Positions 28,980 through 38,460 of a stretch of 64,000 nt of DNA are shown one piece after another. Made by a program: the position numbers and the translations under genes. Every line of letters starts with the position of its first letter. Positions within the stretch are counted from its first letter, which is position 1. The DNA comes from a virus, in IMG/VR virus record IMGVR_UViG_3300027741_000024, positions 32,001 through 96,000 of that record; one strand, written 5' to 3'. The notes beneath the pieces were generated by a model. It searched no databases and was not told the DNA's origin. It saw only the letters and a program-made list of their open reading frames with translations.

Positions 28980-30682
28980 TACTATTTAAAACTTTGCGTT
29001 GGAAGAATCTTCTTTCAACTGGTAACTACTTTTCCGAAATACAACTGAATGCCAATACTAATAGTTTGATTATTGGTAAAAATGGTTCTGGTAAATCAAC
29101 CATGTTGGATGCGTTATGCTTTGCTCTATTTGGCAAACCATTTCGTAATGTAAACAAACCTAATCTACTGAACTCAATCAATGGTAAAGATTGTGTAGTT
29201 GAGGTTGAGTTTAGTGTAGGTAATAAACAGTATAAGATAGTTCGTGGTATCAAACCAAATATCTTTGAAATATACCAAGATGGTATTCTAGTCAATCAAG
29301 ATGCTGCATCAAGAGACTATCAAGAATACTTAGAACGATTTATTATCAAACTAAACTATAAATCATTCACTCAGATTGTTATTCTTGGTTCGGCATCATT
29401 TGTGCCATTCATGCAGTTATCGGCATCAGATCGTCGTTCTATTATTGAGGACTTGTTAGACATTCAAATTTTTTCTACTATGAATAGTTTGGTAAAAGAA
29501 AGAATGAGCATCAACAAAGAGAACACTACACTCAAGAAAAGTGAAATAGAATTAATCAAACAACGGTATCAGTTGAAGAAAGAGTATCAAGATAAACTTA
29601 ATGAAGATAAAGACGCAAAGGTAAAAGAATATGAGAGTGAGATACAAAGTTGCAGAGAAACCATACGCACCTTACATAGAGACATTGACGATCTGGAGCG
29701 ACAGAAAGAAGTATATACCGAAGTCTGCAAGAAAATTCCTGAAAATGAAAAAAAGATTACTGCGCTTAAAAAAATTGAATCTAAAATTGAAAGCAAGATA
29801 TCCGAAGTGGGAACAGATAGAAGCTTCTATGAACACAATGCTGATTGCCCAACGTGTAGGCAGGCCATTACCATGGAGTTTAAGCAAGGGCACTTGGGCG
29901 AACTATTATCAAAAGAACAGGAACTTACCACAGGTCTAACAGAACTTCAAACAAAGATATCAGAACATGAAACTTTGTTGGCAACTCTACGCTCAGAAGA
30001 ACAAAAATTACACACTGTAAGAATTGAACTTGCAACAAAACAAACTGGCAAAACAGGACTAGAATCAGTAATTGCAAAACTTGAAAAGCAAATTGCAGAC
30101 TTAAACACCATTCAAGAAGATGCTGATACAAATGAATTGGTGATATTAAAAGAACAGATAACAACAACAGAAAATGATCTAAGAAATTTGATTGAAGAGA
30201 AATCTTATTATGATACTGCGGCATCTTTGCTTCGAGATTCAGGTATCAAGACTAAGATCATCAAGCAATACTTACCAATCATAAACAAGTTAGTCAATAA
30301 GTATCTTGCATCATTAGACTTCTTTGTCAACTTCAACCTTGATGAGTCGTTTAAAGAAACAATTAAGTCTAGACACCGTGATGACTTTAGTTACCATAAC
30401 TTCTCTGAAGGTGAGAAACAACGTATTGATATGGCATTGATGTTGACATGGCGTGCAGTTGCCAAGCTAAAGAACTCATCCAGTACCAATCTGTTAATAC
30501 TTGATGAAGTGTTTGATTCGTCTTTAGATACTACAGGTACAGAAGAATTGATGAAGATACTACATGGTCTTGAAGATGTAAACCTATTTGTTATTAGTCA
30601 CAAGGGTGATATACTTCAAGACAAATTTGCAAATACAATTCGGTTTGATAAGGTAAAGAATTTTTCAAGGATAGTAAAATGA
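28976..30682 (+). CDS. gp46: Recombination ATPase gp46 (Rad50-like)
   Basis: GKNGSGKST, CPTC hook, FSEGEK, LILDEVFD. Confidence 0.96.
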   Translation: MILFKTLRWKNLLSTGNYFSEIQLNANTNSLIIGKNGSGKSTMLDALCFALFGKPFRNVNKPNLLNSINGKDCVVEVEFSVGNKQYKIVRGIKPNIFEIYQDGILVNQDAASRDYQEYLERFIIKLNYKSFTQIVILGSASFVPFMQLSASDRRSIIEDLLDIQIFSTMNSLVKERMSINKENTTLKKSEIELIKQRYQLKKEYQDKLNEDKDAKVKEYESEIQSCRETIRTLHRDIDDLERQKEVYTEVCKKIPENEKKITALKKIESKIESKISEVGTDRSFYEHNADCPTCRQAITMEFKQGHLGELLSKEQELTTGLTELQTKISEHETLLATLRSEEQKLHTVRIELATKQTGKTGLESVIAKLEKQIADLNTIQEDADTNELVILKEQITTTENDLRNLIEEKSYYDTAASLLRDSGIKTKIIKQYLPIINKLVNKYLASLDFFVNFNLDESFKETIKSRHRDDFSYHNFSEGEKQRIDMALMLTWRAVAKLKNSSSTNLLILDEVFDSSLDTTGTEELMKILHGLEDVNLFVISHKGDILQDKFANTIRFDKVKNFSRIVK

Positions 30683-30846
30683 GTGAATATCAAAGTGGAA
30701 ATAGAATTGCTAAAATTTATCCAAGAACACTTGGTGGATATAGAGTATGGATGTATGATATATTTACTGAGTTTCAAGATGAAAAATATTTTGATAATAA
30801 ATTAGAAGCAGAAACATCTGCAAAAGGATGGTGTAATTATGAGTGA
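30679..30846 (+). CDS. Small hypothetical protein (55 aa), missing from the ORF track
   Basis: MSEYQSGNRIAKIY...AKGWCNYE*; overlaps the gp46 stop and the def start. Confidence 0.55.
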   Translation: MSEYQSGNRIAKIYPRTLGGYRVWMYDIFTEFQDEKYFDNKLEAETSAKGWCNYE

Positions 30847-31423
30847 GATATTAACGATTGATACCGCAGCAGGCATACAAACAACCGAAAAGATCGATCC
30901 ATTACCACTGTTTGGTGAAGATTATCCAATGTTACTTACTGTAATGCCAGAATATAAAGGTGGATTTCCCAGTCCAAGTATGGTAATGTTGGCAAAGAGA
31001 ATGAAGATGACCATGAAATTATATGGTGGTATTGGACTATCTGCCAATCAATGTGGGGTATCAGAAAGAATGTTTGTTATTGGTACGGACGAATTTCAAA
31101 TGGTTTGTATAAACCCAAAAGTAATAAAGAAATCCGAAACTGCCGTTAAGAACAAGGAAGGTTGTCTTTCTTATCCGGGTTTATTTTTAAGTATTGACAG
31201 ACCAGACTGGATTGATGTAGAATATACAGATGAGTTTGGTAATACTAAAGAAAGTAGACTTGAAGGTGTAAGTGCTCAATGTTTCCTACACGAACTAGAT
31301 CACTTAAACGGTATCAAGTTTGTTACTTATGTCAAACCAATTGCGTTACAGATGGCAAGAAAAAAACAAAAGAAAACCGTAAAAACAATTGTGAGAAAAG
31401 CAAAAAATGGCCAAAATAGATGA
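30839..31423 (+). CDS. def: Peptide deformylase
   Basis: GIGLSANQCG, EGCLS, HELDHL. Confidence 0.95.
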   Translation: MSEILTIDTAAGIQTTEKIDPLPLFGEDYPMLLTVMPEYKGGFPSPSMVMLAKRMKMTMKLYGGIGLSANQCGVSERMFVIGTDEFQMVCINPKVIKKSETAVKNKEGCLSYPGLFLSIDRPDWIDVEYTDEFGNTKESRLEGVSAQCFLHELDHLNGIKFVTYVKPIALQMARKKQKKTVKTIVRKAKNGQNR

Positions 31424-32738
31424 TGTAGAAGTACAATGGACAAAATTTTTAGAAGAAAATCCTTCCGATTCATTGCCTGTTGTTGATGAAAATGCCTTGC
31501 GTGAACGTATGATTAAAGAATTAACATATGTTTCTGCAATGGATGTTAAAGAATATACATTATACCAAAAATGGCATGAAATTCATACTAAATTTCCAAG
31601 CAAAACTATAAATACATTGTTCGATGGAGAAGAAACTTTCCTGGCCGACCCTGTACAGGCAAAATATATTGCTGAAGCTAAAAGTAATATTTGGATTCCT
31701 GAATCTGTAGATGATTACATGGACTTGGAACCAGTGCTTGAATATACGGACGATTCAAGTAAAGGTTCCAAAAAAGGTATCGATGGTTCAGTAGTATCAT
31801 ATAATATTGAACGAAACAAAGAGTTATCTATTCGTTGTAATGCCTTAAAAAGTTTTATTACAAATGGACGTAATAACAGTAACATTGGACGAAATCTTCA
31901 CTTCATAGTAAAAGACAATAAGACAAATAAATATCTTGGTGTAATTACAATTTCATCCGACTTTCTTGACTTGACGCCACGTGATAAATATATTGGTTGG
32001 GATAGAACACTAAAAACGCAAGGTGGTATGATTAACCACACAGGTATAGGTTCATCAATTGTACCAACACAACCACTAGGTTACAATTATGTTGGTGGTA
32101 AACTTCTATCTTTATTGTGTCTTTCAGATGAAGTTCAACGTTTATGGAAAGAACAATACGGCGACATTATGGTTGGCGTTACAACTACATCATTATATGG
32201 AAACACTAAGGTGGGTGGATTATCTCAATATGATGGGTTAGATTATTGGAATAAAATGGGATTCACCGCAGGTTCTGTATCATATGAACCTGAGAGGGAA
32301 ACAATTTATTTAATTCGTGATTGGTTAAAAACCAAACACACACGTAAATACTTTGAATGGTATATTGCAACGAAATCAACTGGTCAACCATACAAACGTG
32401 ACCACAAAAATCGTTCATTACAATTTGTTTATGCACAGATGAAAATTCCAAAAGAATTGATTCGTTCAGATCATGCTAGAGGTATTTACTTTAGTGAACT
32501 GTACACAAACACAAATGAATTTTTACGTGGAGAAATTAAAGAAGATAGGTTGGTCAAAAAATTTGATTCAAGTTATGAAAATCTTGTAAAGATTTGGAAA
32601 GAGAAACATGCACGTGGTCGTATCGGTTTTTTAAAGAAAAAAGATAAAGTATCCAAAGACATTTTGTTCCTTGATGATTTGATTTATATGAATTGGCAAG
32701 AAACGAAGGATAAGTACCTATCCCAGATCGGACGTTAA
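31407..32738 (+). CDS. DUF4338 (DruA-like) domain protein, copy 1
   Basis: QPLGYNYVGGKLL..LC, TTSLYG...SQYDG. Confidence 0.6.
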   Translation: MAKIDDVEVQWTKFLEENPSDSLPVVDENALRERMIKELTYVSAMDVKEYTLYQKWHEIHTKFPSKTINTLFDGEETFLADPVQAKYIAEAKSNIWIPESVDDYMDLEPVLEYTDDSSKGSKKGIDGSVVSYNIERNKELSIRCNALKSFITNGRNNSNIGRNLHFIVKDNKTNKYLGVITISSDFLDLTPRDKYIGWDRTLKTQGGMINHTGIGSSIVPTQPLGYNYVGGKLLSLLCLSDEVQRLWKEQYGDIMVGVTTTSLYGNTKVGGLSQYDGLDYWNKMGFTAGSVSYEPERETIYLIRDWLKTKHTRKYFEWYIATKSTGQPYKRDHKNRSLQFVYAQMKIPKELIRSDHARGIYFSELYTNTNEFLRGEIKEDRLVKKFDSSYENLVKIWKEKHARGRIGFLKKKDKVSKDILFLDDLIYMNWQETKDKYLSQIGR

Positions 32739-32752
32739 TAATCTGACAATAC

Positions 32753-32781
32753 TTGACAATCTCCTATTTTTATGCGATAAT
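32753..32781 (+). promoter_or_regulatory. sigma70-type early promoter
   Basis: TTGACA-17-GATAAT with extended TG. Confidence 0.7.
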
Positions 32782-32809
32782 CCGTATATTGATTGATTAG
32801 GAGAAGAAG

Positions 32810-32977
32810 ATGTCAAGTTTGCAACAGTTTGCAGAATTGCAAGAGTTAGAATACTACGCCGCAGTTTCCGATATCAAAAATGCAATAGAACGATTCGGTA
32901 TAGATATAATTGCCGAGGCATTAGAGGATATCGGGTTGACAGATATCCAAACCTCTGATATACTGGTTGTTCACTGA
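32810..32977 (+). CDS. Small acidic hypothetical protein (55 aa), missing from the ORF track
   Basis: AGGAG RBS; MSSLQQFAELQELEYY...DILVVH*. Confidence 0.6.
   Translation: MSSLQQFAELQELEYYAAVSDIKNAIERFGIDIIAEALEDIGLTDIQTSDILVVH
32936..32964 (+). promoter_or_regulatory. sigma70-type promoter for the vWA gene
   Basis: TTGACA-17-TATACT with TG. Confidence 0.75.
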
Positions 32978-32992
32978 TAACGGGATTGTCAA

Positions 32993-35281
32993 ATGAGTAA
33001 CATTCAAAATCAAAAGTCTGGTCTGGCCAAACTACTGGCGACCGAGAATCTAACAATACAACATCAAAAAATTCCTACCGCAGCATTTGATCCTAAAAAT
33101 CGTGTACTATACTGTCCTATCTGGGAAGATATGTCAGGCGACCTGTATGACCTATTGATGGGTCATGAAGTTGGTCACGCCTTAGATACTCCTTCTGATG
33201 GCTGGCATGATGCAGTACATTCTATGGGTAAGAACTATAAAGGGTTCTTAAACGTGGTTGAGGATGCACGAATTGAGAAGCGTCAGAAACGCCGGTATCC
33301 AGGTCTACGTTCATCATTCATCAAAGGTTATAATGAACTGATGAAGCGCAACTTTTTTGGTATTCAAGACCGTGACATTAATACAATGTCATTTATTGAC
33401 CGATTGAATATTTTCACCAAGTCTGGTTACACTCATGAAATTCAATTCACCAAAGATGAATTGGTGATGATTGAAAAAGTTAAAGAATGTGAAACATGGG
33501 ATGATGTTCTTCGTGTTACCGGTGAGATTTGGAACTATTCTAAAAAAGAACAGAAAGAAATTTTATTATCTGAAGAATACGATTATAGTTTTGAAAAGTC
33601 TGATCAAGGTGATGATTTTGAAACAGGTGACGGTGATGGTGATACCGAAACTGACGGTGAAGGTGATGATGAAGGTAAGTCCAAAGGCGACCTTGATGAA
33701 GATGGTGAAGAGGCTGAAGGTGAAGGCCAAGAACAAAATGATAATGACGGTGAATATGATGATGAAAATGATGAAATGTCCGATATCATCAACCGTAATA
33801 AAGAATCCACTGGCACTGATGAGCACTTTGAACCAACATGCGAAACTGATGATAACTTCCGTAAAAATGAATCATCATTAATTGCAGCTAAGGCACGTGA
33901 GTATGTGTATGTAAATATTCCTACACCTAATCTAGATCGTATCGTTACACCTGCCAAACGTGTTCAAGAATTGTTGACCGAAGCATTTGTTGGCCAATAT
34001 AGCACCGTATCGTATAGTAATATGGCAAATGAATTGTACACCGAGTTCCGTAAAAAGAATGAACGTTATATTTCTTTATTAGCAAAAGAATTTGAAATGC
34101 GTAAGGCGGCATCTAAGTTTGCAAAAGCAAAAGTGTCAGAGACTGGTGACATTGACGTAAATAAAATTTACAAGTACCAGATTGACGATAGTATTTTCAA
34201 AAAGATTATGCGTGTTCCTAAAGGCAAATCGCATGGCATGATGTTGTTGTTGGATAAGTCTGGTTCAATGGCAGGTAACCTTGCGGCATCATACGAACAG
34301 ATTCTTATCCTTGCAATGTTCTGCCGTAAAGTAAATATTCCTTTTACAGCATACGGTTTTGGCAATCACCGTGGTCTACGTGATATGGATTATCCAAATG
34401 AACGAAATAGTGACTTTGATGAAAAAGGTAACTATGTAAAAGGTGACAGTTCAGGTTGCTTTACTGAAAATGAGGGTGAAATTCATTGTTCAGAAGTTTA
34501 TCTTCGTGAAATGATTAATTCTAAAATGAGCAACGCAGAATTTTCAAAATCAGTAAAGAACATTCTTTGTTTGATGGACGGATGGGCACACCGCTACGGT
34601 GCACCAGGTAAGTTCCTTCGTCCACAGTGTGATGCATTATCAAACACACCATTGTCAGAAGCATTGATTGCTATGCAACCAATTATCAAAGAGTTTCGCC
34701 GTATTAATAACCTTGACATTGTGAATACTACAATTGTCCATGATGGTGATGCCGATTCTATAATCTGGGCTCATGCTTCTAATGGTGACAAAAAAACTTA
34801 TTTTTCAACTACCAGTCAAAACGTTTTTCTGGTAGATAAGAAAAATAAAGTGCAAGTGAATTTGAAAGTAAGTGATGATGATGTTCGTGAAGGTATATGT
34901 GAATGGCTTCAGAAAACAACCGGTACCAAGATTGTTGGTTTCTATTTGACACCAATCTCTAATGCTAAGGCAGCATTGAAACGCCGTTTGTTTAATGATG
35001 AGTTGGATGCGGTTCGTGGTGTGTATCATCAAACAATTGAAGTGATTACAAAACACGTAAAGAAATTGAAAAAAGAAAAGTACCTTGAATCAAAAAATGT
35101 AGGTTATGATTCTTTCTATATTCTACCTGCTGGTAATGATCTGTCAATTGATGATGAATCGTTTGAGGTATCAGGTAAGGCAACAACAACAAATCTTACC
35201 AAGGCATTTATGAAATTCAACAAAGCACGACAAATCAACCGAGTATTAGTTTCAAGATTTATAACACAGATAGCAGTTTGA
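32993..35281 (+). CDS. CobT-like protein: metallopeptidase-like N-terminus, acidic linker, vWA domain
   Basis: HEVGH, EDARIE, D/E/G-rich tract, DKSGSM MIDAS, TP, HDGD; partner of the downstream AAA+ protein. Confidence 0.8.
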   Translation: MSNIQNQKSGLAKLLATENLTIQHQKIPTAAFDPKNRVLYCPIWEDMSGDLYDLLMGHEVGHALDTPSDGWHDAVHSMGKNYKGFLNVVEDARIEKRQKRRYPGLRSSFIKGYNELMKRNFFGIQDRDINTMSFIDRLNIFTKSGYTHEIQFTKDELVMIEKVKECETWDDVLRVTGEIWNYSKKEQKEILLSEEYDYSFEKSDQGDDFETGDGDGDTETDGEGDDEGKSKGDLDEDGEEAEGEGQEQNDNDGEYDDENDEMSDIINRNKESTGTDEHFEPTCETDDNFRKNESSLIAAKAREYVYVNIPTPNLDRIVTPAKRVQELLTEAFVGQYSTVSYSNMANELYTEFRKKNERYISLLAKEFEMRKAASKFAKAKVSETGDIDVNKIYKYQIDDSIFKKIMRVPKGKSHGMMLLLDKSGSMAGNLAASYEQILILAMFCRKVNIPFTAYGFGNHRGLRDMDYPNERNSDFDEKGNYVKGDSSGCFTENEGEIHCSEVYLREMINSKMSNAEFSKSVKNILCLMDGWAHRYGAPGKFLRPQCDALSNTPLSEALIAMQPIIKEFRRINNLDIVNTTIVHDGDADSIIWAHASNGDKKTYFSTTSQNVFLVDKKNKVQVNLKVSDDDVREGICEWLQKTTGTKIVGFYLTPISNAKAALKRRLFNDELDAVRGVYHQTIEVITKHVKKLKKEKYLESKNVGYDSFYILPAGNDLSIDDESFEVSGKATTTNLTKAFMKFNKARQINRVLVSRFITQIAV

Positions 35282-35295
35282 TAACAAACCACCAC

Positions 35296-35324
35296 TTGAC
35301 AAAGTGGTGGTTATTCTTTATAAT
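35296..35324 (+). promoter_or_regulatory. sigma70 promoter whose -35 lies inside a perfect hairpin
   Basis: TTGACA-17-TATAAT; aaccaccactt-gaca-aagtggtggtt. Confidence 0.85.
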
Positions 35325-35356
35325 GGTAGTTCCTATTGTGAGATGGAGTTTATATT

Positions 35357-36538
35357 ATGACAAGTCGTTCTGATAAGCGTCAAGCATTTCTTGATGCATT
35401 AATTGCAACTGGCAAAGATGTTGTCAGTTTAACAGATATTAAAACAATTGCAAGTGATGCGGGTCTTGCAATACCCTACTGGTTCACCAATGATGAACAA
35501 AACAAGGTTAAACGTGGTCTATACCGTGTACCGGTGCAGTCTCCAACGCCTGTTCCAGCAGCAATCAATATGGTTGCTCAAGTAATACCAATGGCAGCAC
35601 CCCAAGCGCCTTCTGGTAATCGTATTGCAAATGTGATAACAGACCTTGAGACTAAGGACTTGGTACCTTTCAAATATGACAACTATGTTCCTTTTGGTAA
35701 CTTTGAGGATGTGTTGTCAATTATACAATCAAAACAGTTCTTTCCCGTATTCATTACTGGTCCCTCCGGCAACGGTAAGACTATGAGTATTGAGCAGGCT
35801 TGTGCCAAGGCAAAACGTAAATTCGTTTGCGTATCAATGACACCTGATACCGATGAAGGCGACCTACTTGGTAACTATGTTCTGATTAACGGTCAGATGG
35901 AATGGCGTGATGGTCCCGTTACACTTGCTGCCCGTCAAGGTGCCGTATTGTGTATTGACGAAATTGATTACGGTTCTAACAACCTGTCCTGTTTGCAGCG
36001 TGTATTTGAAGGCAAACCATTCTTACTAAAGAAAAAGAATGAGTTAATTTCTCCTGCTGCCGGTTTTACTGTATTCGCTACTGCTAACACCAAAGGTAAA
36101 GGTTCAGAAGATGGTCGCTACATGTTCACCAACGTTTTGAATGAAGCGTTCCTTGAGCGTTTCCCAAATACGTTTGAACAGGAATGGGCACCAGTATCAG
36201 TTGAGAAAAAGATTGTTGCCAAAGAATTAGAATCTGTTGGTAAAGAAGATAAAGATTTTGCCGACAAACTGGTAACATGGGCAACCGTAATTCGTAGCAC
36301 CTTTGATGAAGGTGGTTGTGATGAGGTTATTTCAACCCGCCGTCTGGTACATATCGTAAAGACCTACGGTATTTTTGGTGACAAACTGAAAGCAATTCAG
36401 TTCTGCTTGAATCGTTTTGATACTGATACCAAGGTTACTTTCCTTGATCTGTATACCAAGATTGATTCTGGTGTGGATCCAACAGCACCTGTATCAGCAC
36501 CAGAAGTAACAGACCCATCAGTAGAAGTTCCATTTTAA
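35357..36538 (+). CDS. cobS: CobS-like MoxR AAA+ ATPase
   Basis: GPSGNGKT, IDEID, ATANTKGKG, NEAFLERF, STRRLV. Confidence 0.88.
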   Translation: MTSRSDKRQAFLDALIATGKDVVSLTDIKTIASDAGLAIPYWFTNDEQNKVKRGLYRVPVQSPTPVPAAINMVAQVIPMAAPQAPSGNRIANVITDLETKDLVPFKYDNYVPFGNFEDVLSIIQSKQFFPVFITGPSGNGKTMSIEQACAKAKRKFVCVSMTPDTDEGDLLGNYVLINGQMEWRDGPVTLAARQGAVLCIDEIDYGSNNLSCLQRVFEGKPFLLKKKNELISPAAGFTVFATANTKGKGSEDGRYMFTNVLNEAFLERFPNTFEQEWAPVSVEKKIVAKELESVGKEDKDFADKLVTWATVIRSTFDEGGCDEVISTRRLVHIVKTYGIFGDKLKAIQFCLNRFDTDTKVTFLDLYTKIDSGVDPTAPVSAPEVTDPSVEVPF

Positions 36539-36540
36539 AC

Positions 36541-36569
36541 TTGACAGAGGCTTAGACCTCTGTCATAAT
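36541..36569 (+). promoter_or_regulatory. sigma70 promoter overlapped by an inverted repeat
   Basis: TTGACA-17-CATAAT with TG; tgacagagg-cttaga-cctctgtca. Confidence 0.8.
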
Positions 36570-36630
36570 GTAATCTGTTCTTATGATATGAGAACAATTT
36601 TTAAAACCCTTGTTATATAAGGAAAATATT

Positions 36631-38001
36631 ATGAAAGTCAACAAAGTAACTCTTGGTATTGATCGCCAATATCCCTTGATAAGTGACAAAATTGCGGCCT
36701 TCCGCAACAAAACTGTCCTAGACAAATCTTTCAATCGTAGTGCTTGTTGGGACAAAAACCAAGAATCACGTTATATTACTTCATTGATTACTGGTCAAGC
36801 ACCATCTAAAATCATTGTTGCTAATATTGATGAATGCTTAAAACAAGCTCTTGAAGATACCCTTGACCATGAATATTTTAGCAATTTCTCTCAAATGGGA
36901 TATGACAAAATTGCTATTGATGGTAACAATCGTACACAAACAATTTTCAAATACCTGAATGGAGAAGTTGTCATTCAAAATGGACAATATGATTTACCAG
37001 ATTTACCTGTTGTAATTAATAACAACAATAACACATTCAAAACACATCCTAAGGCATTAAAAGATCACATTCGTAATAATGTAACTGTTACAATTTGTGA
37101 ATATGTTATTGCTACAAGAGAAGATTTATCTCGTTTGTTTATTAATATTAATGATGGTTACACACTAAACGATCAAGAAATTCGTAATGCAATTCTTGTT
37201 CCTTTTGCTGAATATGTCCGTCAAATGTCTGAGAAACATGCAAACGCATTCAAATATATTTTTCGTAATGGTAATTTTCGTTTGAAACGTGATGAACAAA
37301 TGGTCAACTTATCAGTATGCTCTACTTATGGTCCTGCTCATGGCATTTCCAAAAAAGACAAATTCGAGGCATATGAAGATAACTCCACCGTTTGGACACA
37401 TATTCTAAAAAAAGGTGGACAGAAAAATATTTCTGATGCACTTACGTTGATTGAAAAGTATGCTGACAAAGGATTCAAAGATACCTCAACTTTGACCAAC
37501 TTTTTTATGTTAATATGTCATATCAACAAAGAGAAAATTAAAATCTTAGATGAGAAAGCATTCTTCAAATGGTTTATGGCAACAGAAAACAAACGTGTTG
37601 CTAATGTTGACCGCAAAATTGTTACCTTGCAAAATGGTACTGAACTAAACTATAATGCAACAGGTTCTGCGGCTTCATCAATCTTTTTACCTGCTCGTTT
37701 TGAAATCATCTTAGAAGATTTTGCAAAGATTCCAAAAGGTATCGTTACTGATGTTGATCCTGAGAGATTGTTTACACCAGTGCAGAGATATCAAGCGTGG
37801 GTAAACCAAGGTGGTATTTGCCCACGTACAGGTAAAAGTATTTCGGAAGATGAAATCAATAACCACAATTTGTGGGCAGCTGATCACGTGATACCTTATT
37901 CAAAAGGTGGTAAAACTAACTTAGATAATTTAGAATTGGTTTGCCGCAAATACAACGAGTCTAAGGGCAATAGACCTGCAAAGAAATTAATTGCCGCATA
38001 A
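36631..38001 (+). CDS. DUF262 (ParB/GmrS-like) plus C-terminal HNH nuclease; GmrSD-like architecture
   Basis: FNR...W, IDGNNR, F.NIN.G..LN.QE.RNA; DHVIPYSKGGKT..DNL...C...N..KG; AAGGA RBS before ATG 36631. Confidence 0.72.
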   Translation: MKVNKVTLGIDRQYPLISDKIAAFRNKTVLDKSFNRSACWDKNQESRYITSLITGQAPSKIIVANIDECLKQALEDTLDHEYFSNFSQMGYDKIAIDGNNRTQTIFKYLNGEVVIQNGQYDLPDLPVVINNNNNTFKTHPKALKDHIRNNVTVTICEYVIATREDLSRLFININDGYTLNDQEIRNAILVPFAEYVRQMSEKHANAFKYIFRNGNFRLKRDEQMVNLSVCSTYGPAHGISKKDKFEAYEDNSTVWTHILKKGGQKNISDALTLIEKYADKGFKDTSTLTNFFMLICHINKEKIKILDEKAFFKWFMATENKRVANVDRKIVTLQNGTELNYNATGSAASSIFLPARFEIILEDFAKIPKGIVTDVDPERLFTPVQRYQAWVNQGGICPRTGKSISEDEINNHNLWAADHVIPYSKGGKTNLDNLELVCRKYNESKGNRPAKKLIAA

Positions 38002-38005
38002 ACAC

Positions 38006-38034
38006 TTGACACTTCTGCAAGGGAGTGTTATACT
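38006..38034 (+). promoter_or_regulatory. sigma70 promoter with internal hairpin
   Basis: TTGACA-17-TATACT with TG; tgacacttc...ggagtgtta. Confidence 0.8.
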
Positions 38035-38050
38035 TATATCTTATTATGAA

Positions 38051-38094
38051 ATTGCGGAGAAAGACTGCCTCTGTAATGTTTTTAAAATGCAGTC
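38051..38094 (+). promoter_or_regulatory. Predicted H-type RNA pseudoknot in a 5' UTR
   Basis: S1 attgcggag(38051-59)/ctctgtaat(38069-77); S2 gactgc(38063-68)/gcagtc(38089-94). Confidence 0.65.
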
Positions 38095-38114
38095 ATATTT
38101 TATGGAGTTTTTGA

Positions 38115-38390
38115 ATGAAGTCAGCTAAACAAAAAGTGCTTGCATACCTTTCTAAAGAAGATGGTTACAACACACTAACCCCGAACAAAATGCAATCGCT
38201 TTATGGCATTGCAAATCCATCTGCAACTATTAATGAGTTGCGTAATGATGGTCACGCTATCTACTTGAATAGTCGCATCAACAGCAACGGTGATAAAATT
38301 TCTTTCTATCGTTTAGGTGCACCAACTAAGCGTGTAGTTGCTGCAGGTATCGCAGCACTTCGTGCTCAAGGCGAACGAGCATTTGCCTAA
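38115..38390 (+). CDS. Small winged-helix nucleic-acid-binding protein
   Basis: KQKVLAYL...LT......YGIANPSATINELR..G..I....FYRLG. Confidence 0.6.
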   Translation: MKSAKQKVLAYLSKEDGYNTLTPNKMQSLYGIANPSATINELRNDGHAIYLNSRINSNGDKISFYRLGAPTKRVVAAGIAALRAQGERAFA

Positions 38391-38408
38391 AGTAGGTTGA
38401 AACTTAGT

Positions 38409-38449
38409 AGAGTGGAGACATATATACTTTGTGTCTCTACTCTTTTTTT
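38409..38449 (+). terminator. Rho-independent terminator
   Basis: 14-bp stem agagtggagacata/tgtgtctctactct followed by T run. Confidence 0.75.
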
Positions 38450-38460
38450 ATGGATAAATT

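Noticed and set aside
33590-33790. GAT/GAA/GGT-rich low-complexity tract
   Set aside because: Encodes the usual acidic linker of CobT-like proteins
32993-36538. CobT/CobS as cobalamin-synthesis genes
   Set aside because: No cobN or other cob genes in the window; a MoxR AAA+/vWA chaperone pair is common in T4-like phages
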